DNA of 32,000 bases, taken from Candidatus Saccharimonadota bacterium. GTDB lineage: Bacteria; Patescibacteriota; Saccharimonadia; Saccharimonadales; UBA4665. The DNA is taken from NCBI GenBank assembly GCA_016700375.1, contig CP065016.1, positions 30,001-62,000 on the forward strand, in the 5' to 3' direction. The notes beneath the pieces were generated by a model. It was not told where the DNA came from. It did not search any database and worked only from the letters and a program-made list of their open reading frames with translations. Positions 7,352 to 15,724 of this stretch are shown piece after piece. Numbering within the stretch: position 1 is the first letter of the stretch; every line of letters starts with the position of its first letter. A program made the translations under genes and the position numbers.

Positions 7352-8761
7352 TTATTTTGCTCGAGCAGCTTTGTCCTGAAGTAAGTCCAGCACCAACGCG
7401 GCGGTCCACGAAAAGTTGTGGGCTCCGAGCGGCTCGCCAGTTACCGGGTCGAAATACTCAGCAAAGCCGCTGCGGCGGACCATTTCAAGCATTGTTTCGG
7501 TGAGCGCATCAGCGTGGTCTTTGTAGCCTGCGCGTCTCAGGCCATCAACGATAAGCCAGTTAGTATTAATCCACGTCGGTCCCTGCCAGTAGAGGTCTGG
7601 GTTAAACTGCGGGCTATCAAGTGGTACAGAGGGCACTGGGAACCCTGGGCCGAAAACATGCTCGTTTTCAAGCTGTTTTACCATGTGTTCCGCCTGCTCT
7701 TTTGTAAGTACGCCGGCGTACAGCGGCATGAGCGCTGCGATGCTCGGTTGTTTTAGTAGGCGGTGGGTAATGAAGTCGCGCGACCAATACATTTTACTGT
7801 AAGGGTCGTAGAGCTCGTGAAGCGCCCGTTCGCTTTTTTCCATACGCTGCTGGAGTTCATCGGGCAATTCATGGTGAAGAGTGCGGGCAATGTCACGAAG
7901 CCGCTCATTTGCGCGTATGAATATGCAGTTGAAGGTAAGGTCTTCTATACTGAACAGCCCGTGGTCGAGAATTTTGAGGCTGTCGTAGGCTTTCCGGCGC
8001 AGACGACGCTGTGCATCGAAGTAGCTGAGTGTTTCAAGAGTGCTTAGCCGCTGTCCGGGAGGTATGTAATGTCGGTCGCGTCTGAAAAAGCCGATGATGC
8101 CTTCCAGCCGTGCCCAGCGAATAAACCGAATCCAAGCTGGCATGAGGTGGTCACGGAGCTCGGTAGTCCACGGTGGCGTGTTATCCAGCCCGCATTCCCA
8201 TGGGTGGAGGAGTAAAGCCAATCCCTCGCCGTGGGGGTCACGCTCGCGGTATAGCCATTCGTGGTAGGAAACAATGTGCGGTAGCATCAGACGGTACCAC
8301 CTGCGCCGCTCTGCCAGTGTCAGCTTTTGACCGACTTGCCAGACAGCTTCTGCGAGCATGGGTGGCTGGGTGATGCCGCTGGTGGCGATACCGTCAGGTG
8401 AATAGGGGCTTATCCAGCTTCGCCAAAACTCTCTATCACGACGATACTCTGGCTCATTACTAAAAATCATGTTTGGCAACATACCGTTGCTCCACTGGCC
8501 TTTTACAAGATTGAGTAGTTCGGTTTGGGCGCGGTCAACATCTATGTGCCTGAGGCCAATTGCTACGAAACAACTATCCCATAGCCACTGGTGCGGGTAG
8601 AGGTTTTCGGCTGGGATGGTGTAATTACCTCTGTCGTTTGCACCCAGGATTTGTTTTGCCTGTTCGTCGAGTGGCAGCGCCGCTCGCTCCTCAACATCAG
8701 CAATTTCCGTTTCACTCAGAACATCTTCAGCACGCATGGTATCCTGCTCGTTTTCGCTCAT
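7352..8761 (-). CDS. GH63 / MGH1-like (alpha/alpha)6-barrel glycoside hydrolase (glucosylglycerate or mannosylglycerate hydrolase-like, or debranching-like)
   Basis: 469 aa with YPHQWLWDSCF, HPWECGLDNTPPW and GPTWINTNWL, motifs I associate with GH63/GH37-type barrels. The substrate is not inferable. Confidence 0.65.
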   Translation of the reverse strand: MSENEQDTMRAEDVLSETEIADVEERAALPLDEQAKQILGANDRGNYTIPAENLYPHQWLWDSCFVAIGLRHIDVDRAQTELLNLVKGQWSNGMLPNMIFSNEPEYRRDREFWRSWISPYSPDGIATSGITQPPMLAEAVWQVGQKLTLAERRRWYRLMLPHIVSYHEWLYRERDPHGEGLALLLHPWECGLDNTPPWTTELRDHLMPAWIRFIRWARLEGIIGFFRRDRHYIPPGQRLSTLETLSYFDAQRRLRRKAYDSLKILDHGLFSIEDLTFNCIFIRANERLRDIARTLHHELPDELQQRMEKSERALHELYDPYSKMYWSRDFITHRLLKQPSIAALMPLYAGVLTKEQAEHMVKQLENEHVFGPGFPVPSVPLDSPQFNPDLYWQGPTWINTNWLIVDGLRRAGYKDHADALTETMLEMVRRSGFAEYFDPVTGEPLGAHNFSWTAALVLDLLQDKAARAK

Positions 8762-8788
8762 GGTTCTAATAATATCAGACTGAAAGTA

Positions 8789-9286
8789 TTATCTGTAGTT
8801 CGTAAAACTCAGAGGGAAGTCGAGGTCTTCGCGGGAGCGAAGCAAGGTCATGACGGCCTGGAGGTCGTCTTTGCTGCTGCTCATGACGCGAACGGCTTCG
8901 CCCTGGATTTGGGTTTTTACCTTGGGGAACGCGTCGCGTATGAGTTTGGTAAGTGTTTTGGCTTTGTCTTGGTCGAGCCCGGCTTTGAACGGTACCTCTT
9001 TGGTTGTTTTAAGGTTGGATTCGACTAACTCGCGCGAGGTGTCGAGCACTTTTTGGCTTTGGCCACGGGCGGCCAGTTTTTTGCGGACTATTTCCAGAAT
9101 GGCTTCAATTTGCCACTCGCCGTTACCGGTGACTTTTAGGCCTTTTTTGTCATCGAGCCAATCCAGCTCGGCTGGCGTGCCTTTAAAGTCATAGCGGCTG
9201 GCCATTTCGCGCAGCGCCTGGTCAAAGACGTTATTCATTTCTGCTTTGTCGGATTCACTCACGATGTCGAAGCTGAAGTTTCCCAT
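8789..9286 (-). CDS. yajQ: YajQ-family nucleotide-binding protein (UPF0234)
   Basis: 165 aa. It begins MGNFSFDIVSESDKAEMNNVFDQALREMASRYDFKG, which is typical YajQ, and the length fits. Confidence 0.85.
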   Translation of the reverse strand: MGNFSFDIVSESDKAEMNNVFDQALREMASRYDFKGTPAELDWLDDKKGLKVTGNGEWQIEAILEIVRKKLAARGQSQKVLDTSRELVESNLKTTKEVPFKAGLDQDKAKTLTKLIRDAFPKVKTQIQGEAVRVMSSSKDDLQAVMTLLRSREDLDFPLSFTNYR

Positions 9287-9293
9287 GAATCGT

Positions 9294-9322
9294 ATTATAC
9301 TTCTTTAAGAGTTAAGAGTTAA
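9294..9322 (-). promoter_or_regulatory. predicted yajQ promoter: TTAACT-N17-TATAAT, with the -10 box 7 nt from the ATG
   Basis: The minus strand reads TTAACT (9322-9317), a 17-nt spacer, TATAAT (9299-9294), acgattc, then ATG (9286). No SD is present. Confidence 0.5.
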
Positions 9323-9408
9323 GAGTTAAGAGTTAAGAGTTAAGAGTTAAGAGTTAAGAGTTAAGAGTTAAGAGTTAAGAGTTAAGAGTTAAGAGTTAAG
9401 TGTTAAGA
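9304..9408. repeat. heptanucleotide tandem array (GTTAAGA)n, about 14-15 units
   Basis: Twelve perfect GTTAAGA units at 9311-9394, then GTTAAGT and GTTAAGA, with a degenerate TTTAAGA unit at 9304. The last unit runs into the hpt SD (AAGAGGAGG). Confidence 0.95.
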
Positions 9409-9417
9409 GGAGGCGGT

Positions 9418-10014
9418 ATGAGCGGATTTGATGATGGCGTAATGGTGGGAGAAACCAAAATGCAGGCGAACGTGTTGTTCAAAGAGGCGCAAATTACCGA
9501 GCGGGTTGCGTCACTGGCTCAGGAAATCGCGGCAGATTACGCTTCGCGCGGTGGACTGCACACGGTGACAGTGCTGAATGGTGCGTTGCACTTTGCTTCG
9601 CAACTGCGATTTGCGATTTCTAAGGCAAACCCAGAACTTGGCTTTGAAATGACCTCAGACACCATCCACCTTGCAAGTTACCATGGCACTGGCTCTAGCG
9701 GCGAAGTGAAGAAAATTAGCGATTTGACTCATCCGGTCACGGGCAAACACGTGCTCATTGTAGAAGACATCGTCGACACCGGGAAAACACTCAGCGTCCT
9801 TGTGGCCGAATTATTGGCGCAAAAGCCCGCCTCGCTTGCGGTGGTGGTGTTGCTGCGAAAGCCATCAAAACTGGCCGTTCCAGAGTCTGACCTGGGCGAA
9901 AAGATGTACGTAGGCTTCGATATTGGCCCAGAGTTTGTGGTGGGCCACTGTTTTGACTACGATGGTCGCTTCCGCGATGTGCCAGACATATACGCTCTTA
10001 GTCCCGCAACATAA
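9418..10014 (+). CDS. hpt: hypoxanthine(-guanine) phosphoribosyltransferase
   Basis: It has the PRPP-binding motif VLIVEDIVDTGKTL and an HPRT-like N-terminus. Start chosen at ATG 9418, just after the GGAGG SD; ATG 9460 is an alternative. Confidence 0.85.
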   Translation: MSGFDDGVMVGETKMQANVLFKEAQITERVASLAQEIAADYASRGGLHTVTVLNGALHFASQLRFAISKANPELGFEMTSDTIHLASYHGTGSSGEVKKISDLTHPVTGKHVLIVEDIVDTGKTLSVLVAELLAQKPASLAVVVLLRKPSKLAVPESDLGEKMYVGFDIGPEFVVGHCFDYDGRFRDVPDIYALSPAT

Positions 10015-10019
10015 ACTAT

Positions 10020-10191
10020 CTGACCCGCGCGCACTTTTGGGGTGTCATCTTGAGCATTGAAATGAATTCAGTGTAAACTCCGTCGAAAGATCTCATCGTA
10101 TTTGCATCTAACGAGATCTCTCCACGGAGTTTACCCCGTACTTGATACGGGGGTCGGGATGACAATGGAATAAAAAGTGCGCGTGGGTCAG
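10020..10191. mobile_element. 172-bp MITE, second member of the family, inverted relative to the one at 534-682
   Basis: Ends are CTGACCCGCGCGCACTTTT (10020-) and AAAAAGTGCGCGTGGGTCAG (-10191). The internal segment CTCCACGGAGTTTACCCCGTACTTGATACGGGGGTCGGGATGAC is the reverse complement of MITE-1 positions 563-606. The flanking 9-mers ATAAACTAT and GTAAACTAT (10011-10019 and 10192-10200) match at 8 of 9 positions. Confidence 0.75.
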
Positions 10192-10261
10192 GTAAACTAT
10201 TGCAAGCACAAGCTTTTTGCTATACTACAAATTACCTAACTAAATATAACTTAGGGGAATA

Positions 10262-11017
10262 ATGAATATGCAAAAAACAACAATATTAATGAAGCGGTTT
10301 TCGTTTGCACTTGCCGCGTTTGGCTTTATGGGTGTATTTGCCCTCGCGGCCACACAGCCAGCTAGTGCTCGTCAGGGTGAGGACGATACAACCGTTGCAC
10401 AAGAGAGTACCGAACAAGAAGATACTGCTGGGCCAGAGGCACAGTCAGGTTTGGCCGATGATAGCAATCGGCGTGAAGAAGTTAAGCTCAGGGTGAATCA
10501 GCTTCGTGAAGATGCAAAAAAAGATTTAGAAAAAAAGCGTGATGGCCGCAAAGAAATGGCAGACGAAAAGCGAAAGCTTGTGTGCAAAAACAAGCAGAAG
10601 GCCATAGAAAACAAGCTCGCCGCCTTCAATCAAGCTGCAGATAAGCATCTTGCCAAACTAGACGATGTATATAAACGCATTCAGGCATATAAAGCCGCCG
10701 AGAATCTTCAACCTGCTAATTACGACGATCTTGTAGCCGCCGCAACCGCAAAGCAAGAAGCAGCAACCGCTGCCGTGGCTGCGCTGAAAGAGCTAGCCGT
10801 AGGGGTGGATTGTAGCGACCCAGAGACGGTTGTCAAACTAAGTGAGGTTAGAGAGGCGGCAAAAGCAACACGCACCGCACTCCATGACTATAGAAAAGCC
10901 CTCAAGGACATAGTCGTCGCGCTAGCCCAGTCAAAGGACGATGCTGAAAATGGTGATGAAACTACCAGCGACTCTGGCATCGATTCTACTTCAGACACAA
11001 CGGAGGGTACAAACTAA
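10262..11017 (+). CDS. secreted alpha-helical/coiled-coil orphan protein (signal peptide, acidic ends, two Cys)
   Basis: The N-terminus MKRFSFALAAFGFMGVFALAATQPASA is signal-peptide-like. The rest is K/E/A-rich with a heptad-like pattern. No family was recognised. Confidence 0.7.
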   Translation: MNMQKTTILMKRFSFALAAFGFMGVFALAATQPASARQGEDDTTVAQESTEQEDTAGPEAQSGLADDSNRREEVKLRVNQLREDAKKDLEKKRDGRKEMADEKRKLVCKNKQKAIENKLAAFNQAADKHLAKLDDVYKRIQAYKAAENLQPANYDDLVAAATAKQEAATAAVAALKELAVGVDCSDPETVVKLSEVREAAKATRTALHDYRKALKDIVVALAQSKDDAENGDETTSDSGIDSTSDTTEGTN

Positions 11018-11277
11018 TGAAATACTCACTTTCTGAACGCGGCGCCGGACATATTGTTGCCGTTTTGCTCGTGGCTGTACTGGCAGTCGTAGGTTTTGCT
11101 GGCTACACCGTAATGAAGTCACAGGATAATAAAGCCAAGACGGTATCTACCCAGCAAAAAGTTGAGGCGGTGCCAGAACTGAAACAGGCCGACACCACCT
11201 TAAGTGACACAAATACTGAGCTTGACGCTAGTCTCGATACATCGGCGCTCGACCAAGATATAGATGCTATGCTGTAG
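11017..11277 (+). CDS. small N-terminally membrane-anchored orphan protein
   Basis: 86 aa with a hydrophobic segment HIVAVLLVAVLAVVGFAGYTV. Its start overlaps the upstream stop (TAATGA), suggesting translational coupling. Confidence 0.6.
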   Translation: MKYSLSERGAGHIVAVLLVAVLAVVGFAGYTVMKSQDNKAKTVSTQQKVEAVPELKQADTTLSDTNTELDASLDTSALDQDIDAML

Positions 11278-11300
11278 TGCAGTTGACACGTTGTTCCTAG

Positions 11301-11329
11301 GAGAACCGCCCTTTGGCGGTTCTTTTTTC
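11301..11329 (+). terminator. rho-independent terminator
   Basis: GAGAACCGCC-cttt-GGCGGTTCT followed by TTTTTT, lying 24 nt after the stop of the 11017..11277 gene. Confidence 0.85.
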
Positions 11330-11342
11330 TTAACTCTAAGCC

Positions 11343-11371
11343 TTAACTCTTAAGTCCGAACTCTGTATACT
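11343..11371 (+). promoter_or_regulatory. predicted pheST promoter: TTAACT-N17-TATACT, with the -10 box 8 nt from the ATG
   Basis: TTAACT (11343-11348), a 17-nt spacer, TATACT (11366-11371), acatacca, then ATG 11380. No SD is present. Confidence 0.5.
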
Positions 11372-11379
11372 ACATACCA

Positions 11380-12426
11380 ATGAGCTACCAGCACGAAGAC
11401 ATTGCTCGCGCCGCCGAACTTTTGCGAACGCGACTCCAAACGCTCGACGACAAGGTCGCAATTATGCGCGCACCGGAGCTCGGCGCGCTGTATGCCCAAA
11501 TCCGGACACTCCCAAATGAAGTGAAATCTTCCTTCGGTCGCGAGCTAAATGAGCTGAAAAGTGAGTTGCAAGCGGCTGTTGACGCAGCAGCCGACTCGGC
11601 CGTAGAATTACCGCCTATAGATGTAACTGCACCCATGGACGTGAATACAGCTAGACCTAGCCTTTTGCCAAACCAGCAGGGTAGCGTCCATCCTCTTATG
11701 CAGGAAATGGAACGCATAGCACATATATTCAACCGCATGGGCTATGTCGTAGAAGAATCTCGTGAACTGGACGACCAGTATCACATGTTCGAGACGCTGA
11801 ACTTTCCCAAAGGCCACCCCGCGCGCGACGATTATGACACCTTCATGACAGTTGAAACAGACAAAGAAGGTGACCCGTTCATCGCGCCTGCTCACACCAG
11901 TACTATGCAAAACCGTGTCCTCAGAAAATATGCCGTCAATCTTGAAAAGGGTGAACCGATTGCAGTACTCGTACCCGACCGTGTGTTCCGCAACGAAGAC
12001 CTCGACGCACGGCACGAGCACACGTTCTACCAGTTTGAGGGCGTTTACGTGAACAAGGGTGTCCACGCCGGTATGCTGATTGCGACGTTACAGACCTTTC
12101 TCGAAGAATATTATGGCAAACAACTTGAAGTTCGAGTGAACCCGTTTTATTTCCCATTCACCGAACCAAGTTTTGAGTTTGCGCTGAGCTGTCCGTTTTG
12201 CGAAAAGGCTGGTTGTCACATTTGCAGTCATTCCGGCTGGATAGAACTTTTGGGTTGCGGCATGATACACCCAAATGTACTGCGTGCGGCCGATGTTGAC
12301 CCTGCTGTGTACACCGGCTTCGCCTGGGGTAGCGGCGTCGAGCGTCTTGTCATGATGAAATACGGCGTGGAAGACATCCGCCACTTCGAAAGCGCCAAAC
12401 TCGATTTCCTGGAGCAATTCAAATGA
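11380..12426 (+). CDS. pheS: phenylalanine--tRNA ligase alpha subunit
   Basis: 348 aa with class II aaRS motifs (HPARD, FRNE, GFAWGSGVERLVM). Confidence 0.95.
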   Translation: MSYQHEDIARAAELLRTRLQTLDDKVAIMRAPELGALYAQIRTLPNEVKSSFGRELNELKSELQAAVDAAADSAVELPPIDVTAPMDVNTARPSLLPNQQGSVHPLMQEMERIAHIFNRMGYVVEESRELDDQYHMFETLNFPKGHPARDDYDTFMTVETDKEGDPFIAPAHTSTMQNRVLRKYAVNLEKGEPIAVLVPDRVFRNEDLDARHEHTFYQFEGVYVNKGVHAGMLIATLQTFLEEYYGKQLEVRVNPFYFPFTEPSFEFALSCPFCEKAGCHICSHSGWIELLGCGMIHPNVLRAADVDPAVYTGFAWGSGVERLVMMKYGVEDIRHFESAKLDFLEQFK

Positions 12427-15038
12427 AAGTAAGTTTAAACACTATTCGCCAATATGTTGACTTTGAACTACCGCCGGTGACAGAGCTGGTTGAGCGGATT
12501 AACCAGCAGCTCGGCGGAGTCGAGGAAGTTATAGACCTCGGTGCAAAATACAAAGGCATTGTAGTTGCCAAGATTGTAACGTGCGAACCGCACCCCGACA
12601 GCGACCATCTCCACATTTGCCAGATTGAAGTGGGCAATAACCCTGAATATGCCAAATTCAAGATTCCAGATTCAAATTTTGTCCAAGTCGTCTGCGGTGC
12701 GCCAAACGTCCACGCCGATATGTTCGTTGCGTGGCTGCCGCCCGGCGCCACCGTGCCGGCGAGCTACGACAAAGACCCGTTCGTGCTGGATGCTCGCACC
12801 ATACGCGGGGTAAAAAGCAATGGCATGCTGGCCAGTCCAGCCGAACTTGCTATTGGCGATAATCACGACGGCATTTTGGAAATCACCGTTGCAGACTTGC
12901 CTCCTGCGTCATCCCCGCGAAGGCGGGGATCCAGTAGCCTAAAAAACACTTCCTGGATTCCCAATCAAGTCGGGAATGACAGCAGTTTAAGACCGGGCAT
13001 TGACTTTGCGGAAGTATTTGGACTCAATGACACAATCATAGACATAGAAAACAAGATGTTTACCCACCGACCAGATTGTTTCGGTCAGTTGGGTGTAGCA
13101 CGTGAAATTGCTGGTATCCACGGCCAGAAGTTTACAAGCCCTGAGTGGTATTTGAGTATCCCAGAATTCGTTGCGGGAGATGGATTGCAACTGACTGTTT
13201 TAAATGAAGCAGAAGAAAAGGTGCCACGTTTCATGGCGGTTGCGGTAAAAAATGTGGAGATTAAGCCAAGCCCGTTTTGGCTCCAGTGCGAATTAGTGCG
13301 ACTTGGCAGCAAGCCCATAAATAATATTGTCGACATTACCAACTACGTCATGCTACACACAGCACAGCCCTTACACGCATATGATTATGACAAGCTCCGT
13401 GGATGCACACTGGGTGCTCGCATGGGCAGGGCGGGTGAAAAGCTTACACTACTCAACGGCAAAAATTACGACGTTACAGAAGATGACATTATTATCGTAG
13501 ACGCCGAAGGCCCAGTCGGTATGGGTGGTGTTATGGGTGGCGGCAATAGCGAAGTTTCGGCTGATACAAAAAATGTTGTGCTCGAATGTGCCACGTTCGA
13601 CATGTACACCATACGCAAAACAAGTATGCGCCACGGACTTTTTACCGATGCCGTCACGCGGTTCAATAAAGGTCAGTCACCACTTCAAAATCCTGCATGT
13701 CTATTTCAGGCACTCAATATGGTTCTGGAACTTGCCGGTGGTAGTCAGGCGGGGGCGGTCGCTGACCTTGTGTCCGGCGATGAACTGGCTGCTCGCATAC
13801 AAGCACATGAGGGCGTATTGCCCCAGAGTATCATGCCACAATTTATTCGTGACCGACTTGGCCTTGGTATAAAAAAATACGATATGGTGCAGCTGCTTGG
13901 AAATGTCGAGTTTCCGCTTTGCGAAGATTGTGGCTGGGACCCCGAGGACGAACAAGACAACAACGAAGAATTACACATCAATGTGCCGTTTTGGCGTACT
14001 GATGTTGAACTTCCGGAAGATATTGTTGAGGAAGTCGGACGGCTCTACGGCTTTGATAAACTGCCGCGGGAGTTGCCGCAGCGAAGCATGAAGCCCGCGC
14101 CGTTAAACGTGCGACTAGAAATGAAGCGAAAAATCCGCCATATTCTCTCTGGGGCCGGTGCAAATGAGGTGCTAACGTATAGTTTTGTACACGAAAAAGT
14201 ACTGAAAGGTGCCGGCCAAGACCCAGCGCAAGCATTTCGTTTAGGGAACGCGCTTAGTCCTGACCTCCAGTACTACCGACTGAGCCTTATTCCTAGTCTG
14301 CTCGACAAAGTACATGTAAATATTAAAGCCGGTCATGATGAATTTGCCCTGTTTGAGTTTGGAAAGGCCCACCGTAAGGGTGACCTTGGCGAAGATGGGC
14401 TTCCTCGCGAGTACGAGCGACTTGCGTTTGTATATGCAGCCAAAAAATATCCGCATGCAGCGTTTTATGCTGCGCGCCAATATGTCGAGATGCTTTCAGA
14501 TAGTTTGGTCTATGTGCCACTGAGTGAATTTGACTCATCTGCGCATGCAATATTTGAGCAGCTTTCAAAACCATTTGAACCAAAACGCGCAGCCGTTGTT
14601 TTTGACGGGGAGCAATTTGTAGGGGTGGTGGGCGAGTTTAGTGCGGCAACGCGGCGAGCTTTCAAGCTCCCAGAGGGTGCAGCCGGTTTCGAGCTATTCC
14701 AGTCGTTCCTTCTCAAGCTCGCTCCAAAACAGTATGTGCCATTGCCTCGTTTTCCGTCTGTAACACAAGACATCTCACTAAGAGTCTCTATCGCAACCCC
14801 GTATGCAGATGTTCTGGCGTCTGCAGAGTCCGCGTTAGACCAGCTTCGCACCGAGGTTCAATTACTCGAACTCACGCCGCTCGGTATATACCAGCCAGAA
14901 GCCGGGCAAACCAAAACGGTAACCTTGCGACTACGAGCCACTAACACACTGCGGACACTCACAGACACGGAGGTTGCGAGCTACATAGACAGCATAGCTG
15001 AAACGGCTGCAAAAGAAGTTGGTGCCGAAAAGGTCTAG
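12423..15038 (+). CDS. pheT: phenylalanine--tRNA ligase beta subunit, carrying an in-frame ~29-aa insertion
   Basis: 871 aa. The ATGA overlaps the pheS stop. It has an N-terminal tRNA-binding OB domain, then B3/4, B5 and an anticodon-binding-like C-terminus. Confidence 0.95.
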   Translation: MKVSLNTIRQYVDFELPPVTELVERINQQLGGVEEVIDLGAKYKGIVVAKIVTCEPHPDSDHLHICQIEVGNNPEYAKFKIPDSNFVQVVCGAPNVHADMFVAWLPPGATVPASYDKDPFVLDARTIRGVKSNGMLASPAELAIGDNHDGILEITVADLPPASSPRRRGSSSLKNTSWIPNQVGNDSSLRPGIDFAEVFGLNDTIIDIENKMFTHRPDCFGQLGVAREIAGIHGQKFTSPEWYLSIPEFVAGDGLQLTVLNEAEEKVPRFMAVAVKNVEIKPSPFWLQCELVRLGSKPINNIVDITNYVMLHTAQPLHAYDYDKLRGCTLGARMGRAGEKLTLLNGKNYDVTEDDIIIVDAEGPVGMGGVMGGGNSEVSADTKNVVLECATFDMYTIRKTSMRHGLFTDAVTRFNKGQSPLQNPACLFQALNMVLELAGGSQAGAVADLVSGDELAARIQAHEGVLPQSIMPQFIRDRLGLGIKKYDMVQLLGNVEFPLCEDCGWDPEDEQDNNEELHINVPFWRTDVELPEDIVEEVGRLYGFDKLPRELPQRSMKPAPLNVRLEMKRKIRHILSGAGANEVLTYSFVHEKVLKGAGQDPAQAFRLGNALSPDLQYYRLSLIPSLLDKVHVNIKAGHDEFALFEFGKAHRKGDLGEDGLPREYERLAFVYAAKKYPHAAFYAARQYVEMLSDSLVYVPLSEFDSSAHAIFEQLSKPFEPKRAAVVFDGEQFVGVVGEFSAATRRAFKLPEGAAGFELFQSFLLKLAPKQYVPLPRFPSVTQDISLRVSIATPYADVLASAESALDQLRTEVQLLELTPLGIYQPEAGQTKTVTLRLRATNTLRTLTDTEVASYIDSIAETAAKEVGAEKV
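12903..12985. repeat. about 80-bp compound palindromic (MITE/RPE-like) element inside the pheT ORF
   Basis: GTCATCCCCGCGAAGGCGGGGATCCAG (12908-12934) and CTGGATTCCCAATCAAGTCGGGAATGAC (12953-12980) are mutual inverted repeats. The left arm is itself a clean hairpin; the right arm has only a short stem. The left arm resembles GTCATTCCCGCGCAGGCGGGAATCC at 29682-29706. It encodes PPASSPRRRGSSSLKNTSWIPNQVGNDSS. Confidence 0.75.
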
Positions 15039-15147
15039 GAACAACTGTAGCGGAATTTACAAATTGTCAATTCTAACGCTTGGCAACTGCCATAAGCGTC
15101 ATGTATGATAATAACTGTCAAATAGCTGGTGGGAGAAATGGGGAGAT

Positions 15148-15663
15148 ATGGATAAACAACGTATCAAAGCGCTCGCCGCCACTGGTGTTGTCGCGGTGCT
15201 TGGCATATGGGGGCTTACTTCCTTAGGCGGAAGTGATACAAATACAAAAATGACCGACTCAGCCTCAACGACCAATAAAAAAACAGCAGACCCGGCTACT
15301 GACCGCGAAAAGCAGCTCGCACAAAAAACTCAAGACGCTCAAGCTAAGGTAGCCAAGGGAGAAAACGTAACAACGAGCTTGGACGAAACGACCGCTGCGT
15401 ACGAATACGTTGCCGGAACTGGTGAGTCGTATACCGCACTTGCGCGCCAGGCGGTAGCGAAGCTAGACGCCAAATTGACTCCTGTAGAACGCGTTGCGGC
15501 AGAAACCAAACTGAGTGAAGAAGCAGGTATGCCATACCTAGAAATCGGACAGCGTGTTTCAATGAAAAAAGAGGCTGTAGGCGCGGCTGTCAAGTGGGCA
15601 AAGAGCCTTACGACCCAAGAAAAGGCTTCATGGCAATACTACGCCGACCTGGTTAGCTGGTAG
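15148..15663 (+). CDS. N-terminally membrane-anchored orphan protein
   Basis: 171 aa with a GGGAGA-type SD and a TM-like segment ALAATGVVAVLGIWGLTSL. No family was recognised. Confidence 0.65.
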   Translation: MDKQRIKALAATGVVAVLGIWGLTSLGGSDTNTKMTDSASTTNKKTADPATDREKQLAQKTQDAQAKVAKGENVTTSLDETTAAYEYVAGTGESYTALARQAVAKLDAKLTPVERVAAETKLSEEAGMPYLEIGQRVSMKKEAVGAAVKWAKSLTTQEKASWQYYADLVSW

Positions 15664-15724
15664 TCTCCCTACTCGGTGGTGTTGTTAAGCAGCAGTCTTG
15701 AGCTGTCTAGAGTATACTAAACGG

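Noticed and set aside
7216-9194. Various + strand ORFs (7216..7503, 7418..7756, 7763..8047, 8173..8373, 8560..9028, 8850..9194)
   Set aside because: All are antisense to the well-supported GH63-like and yajQ genes.
9304-9408. Possible CRISPR array (regularly spaced short repeats)
   Set aside because: The units are contiguous 7-mers with no spacers, which makes this a simple tandem microsatellite. No cas genes are present in the window.
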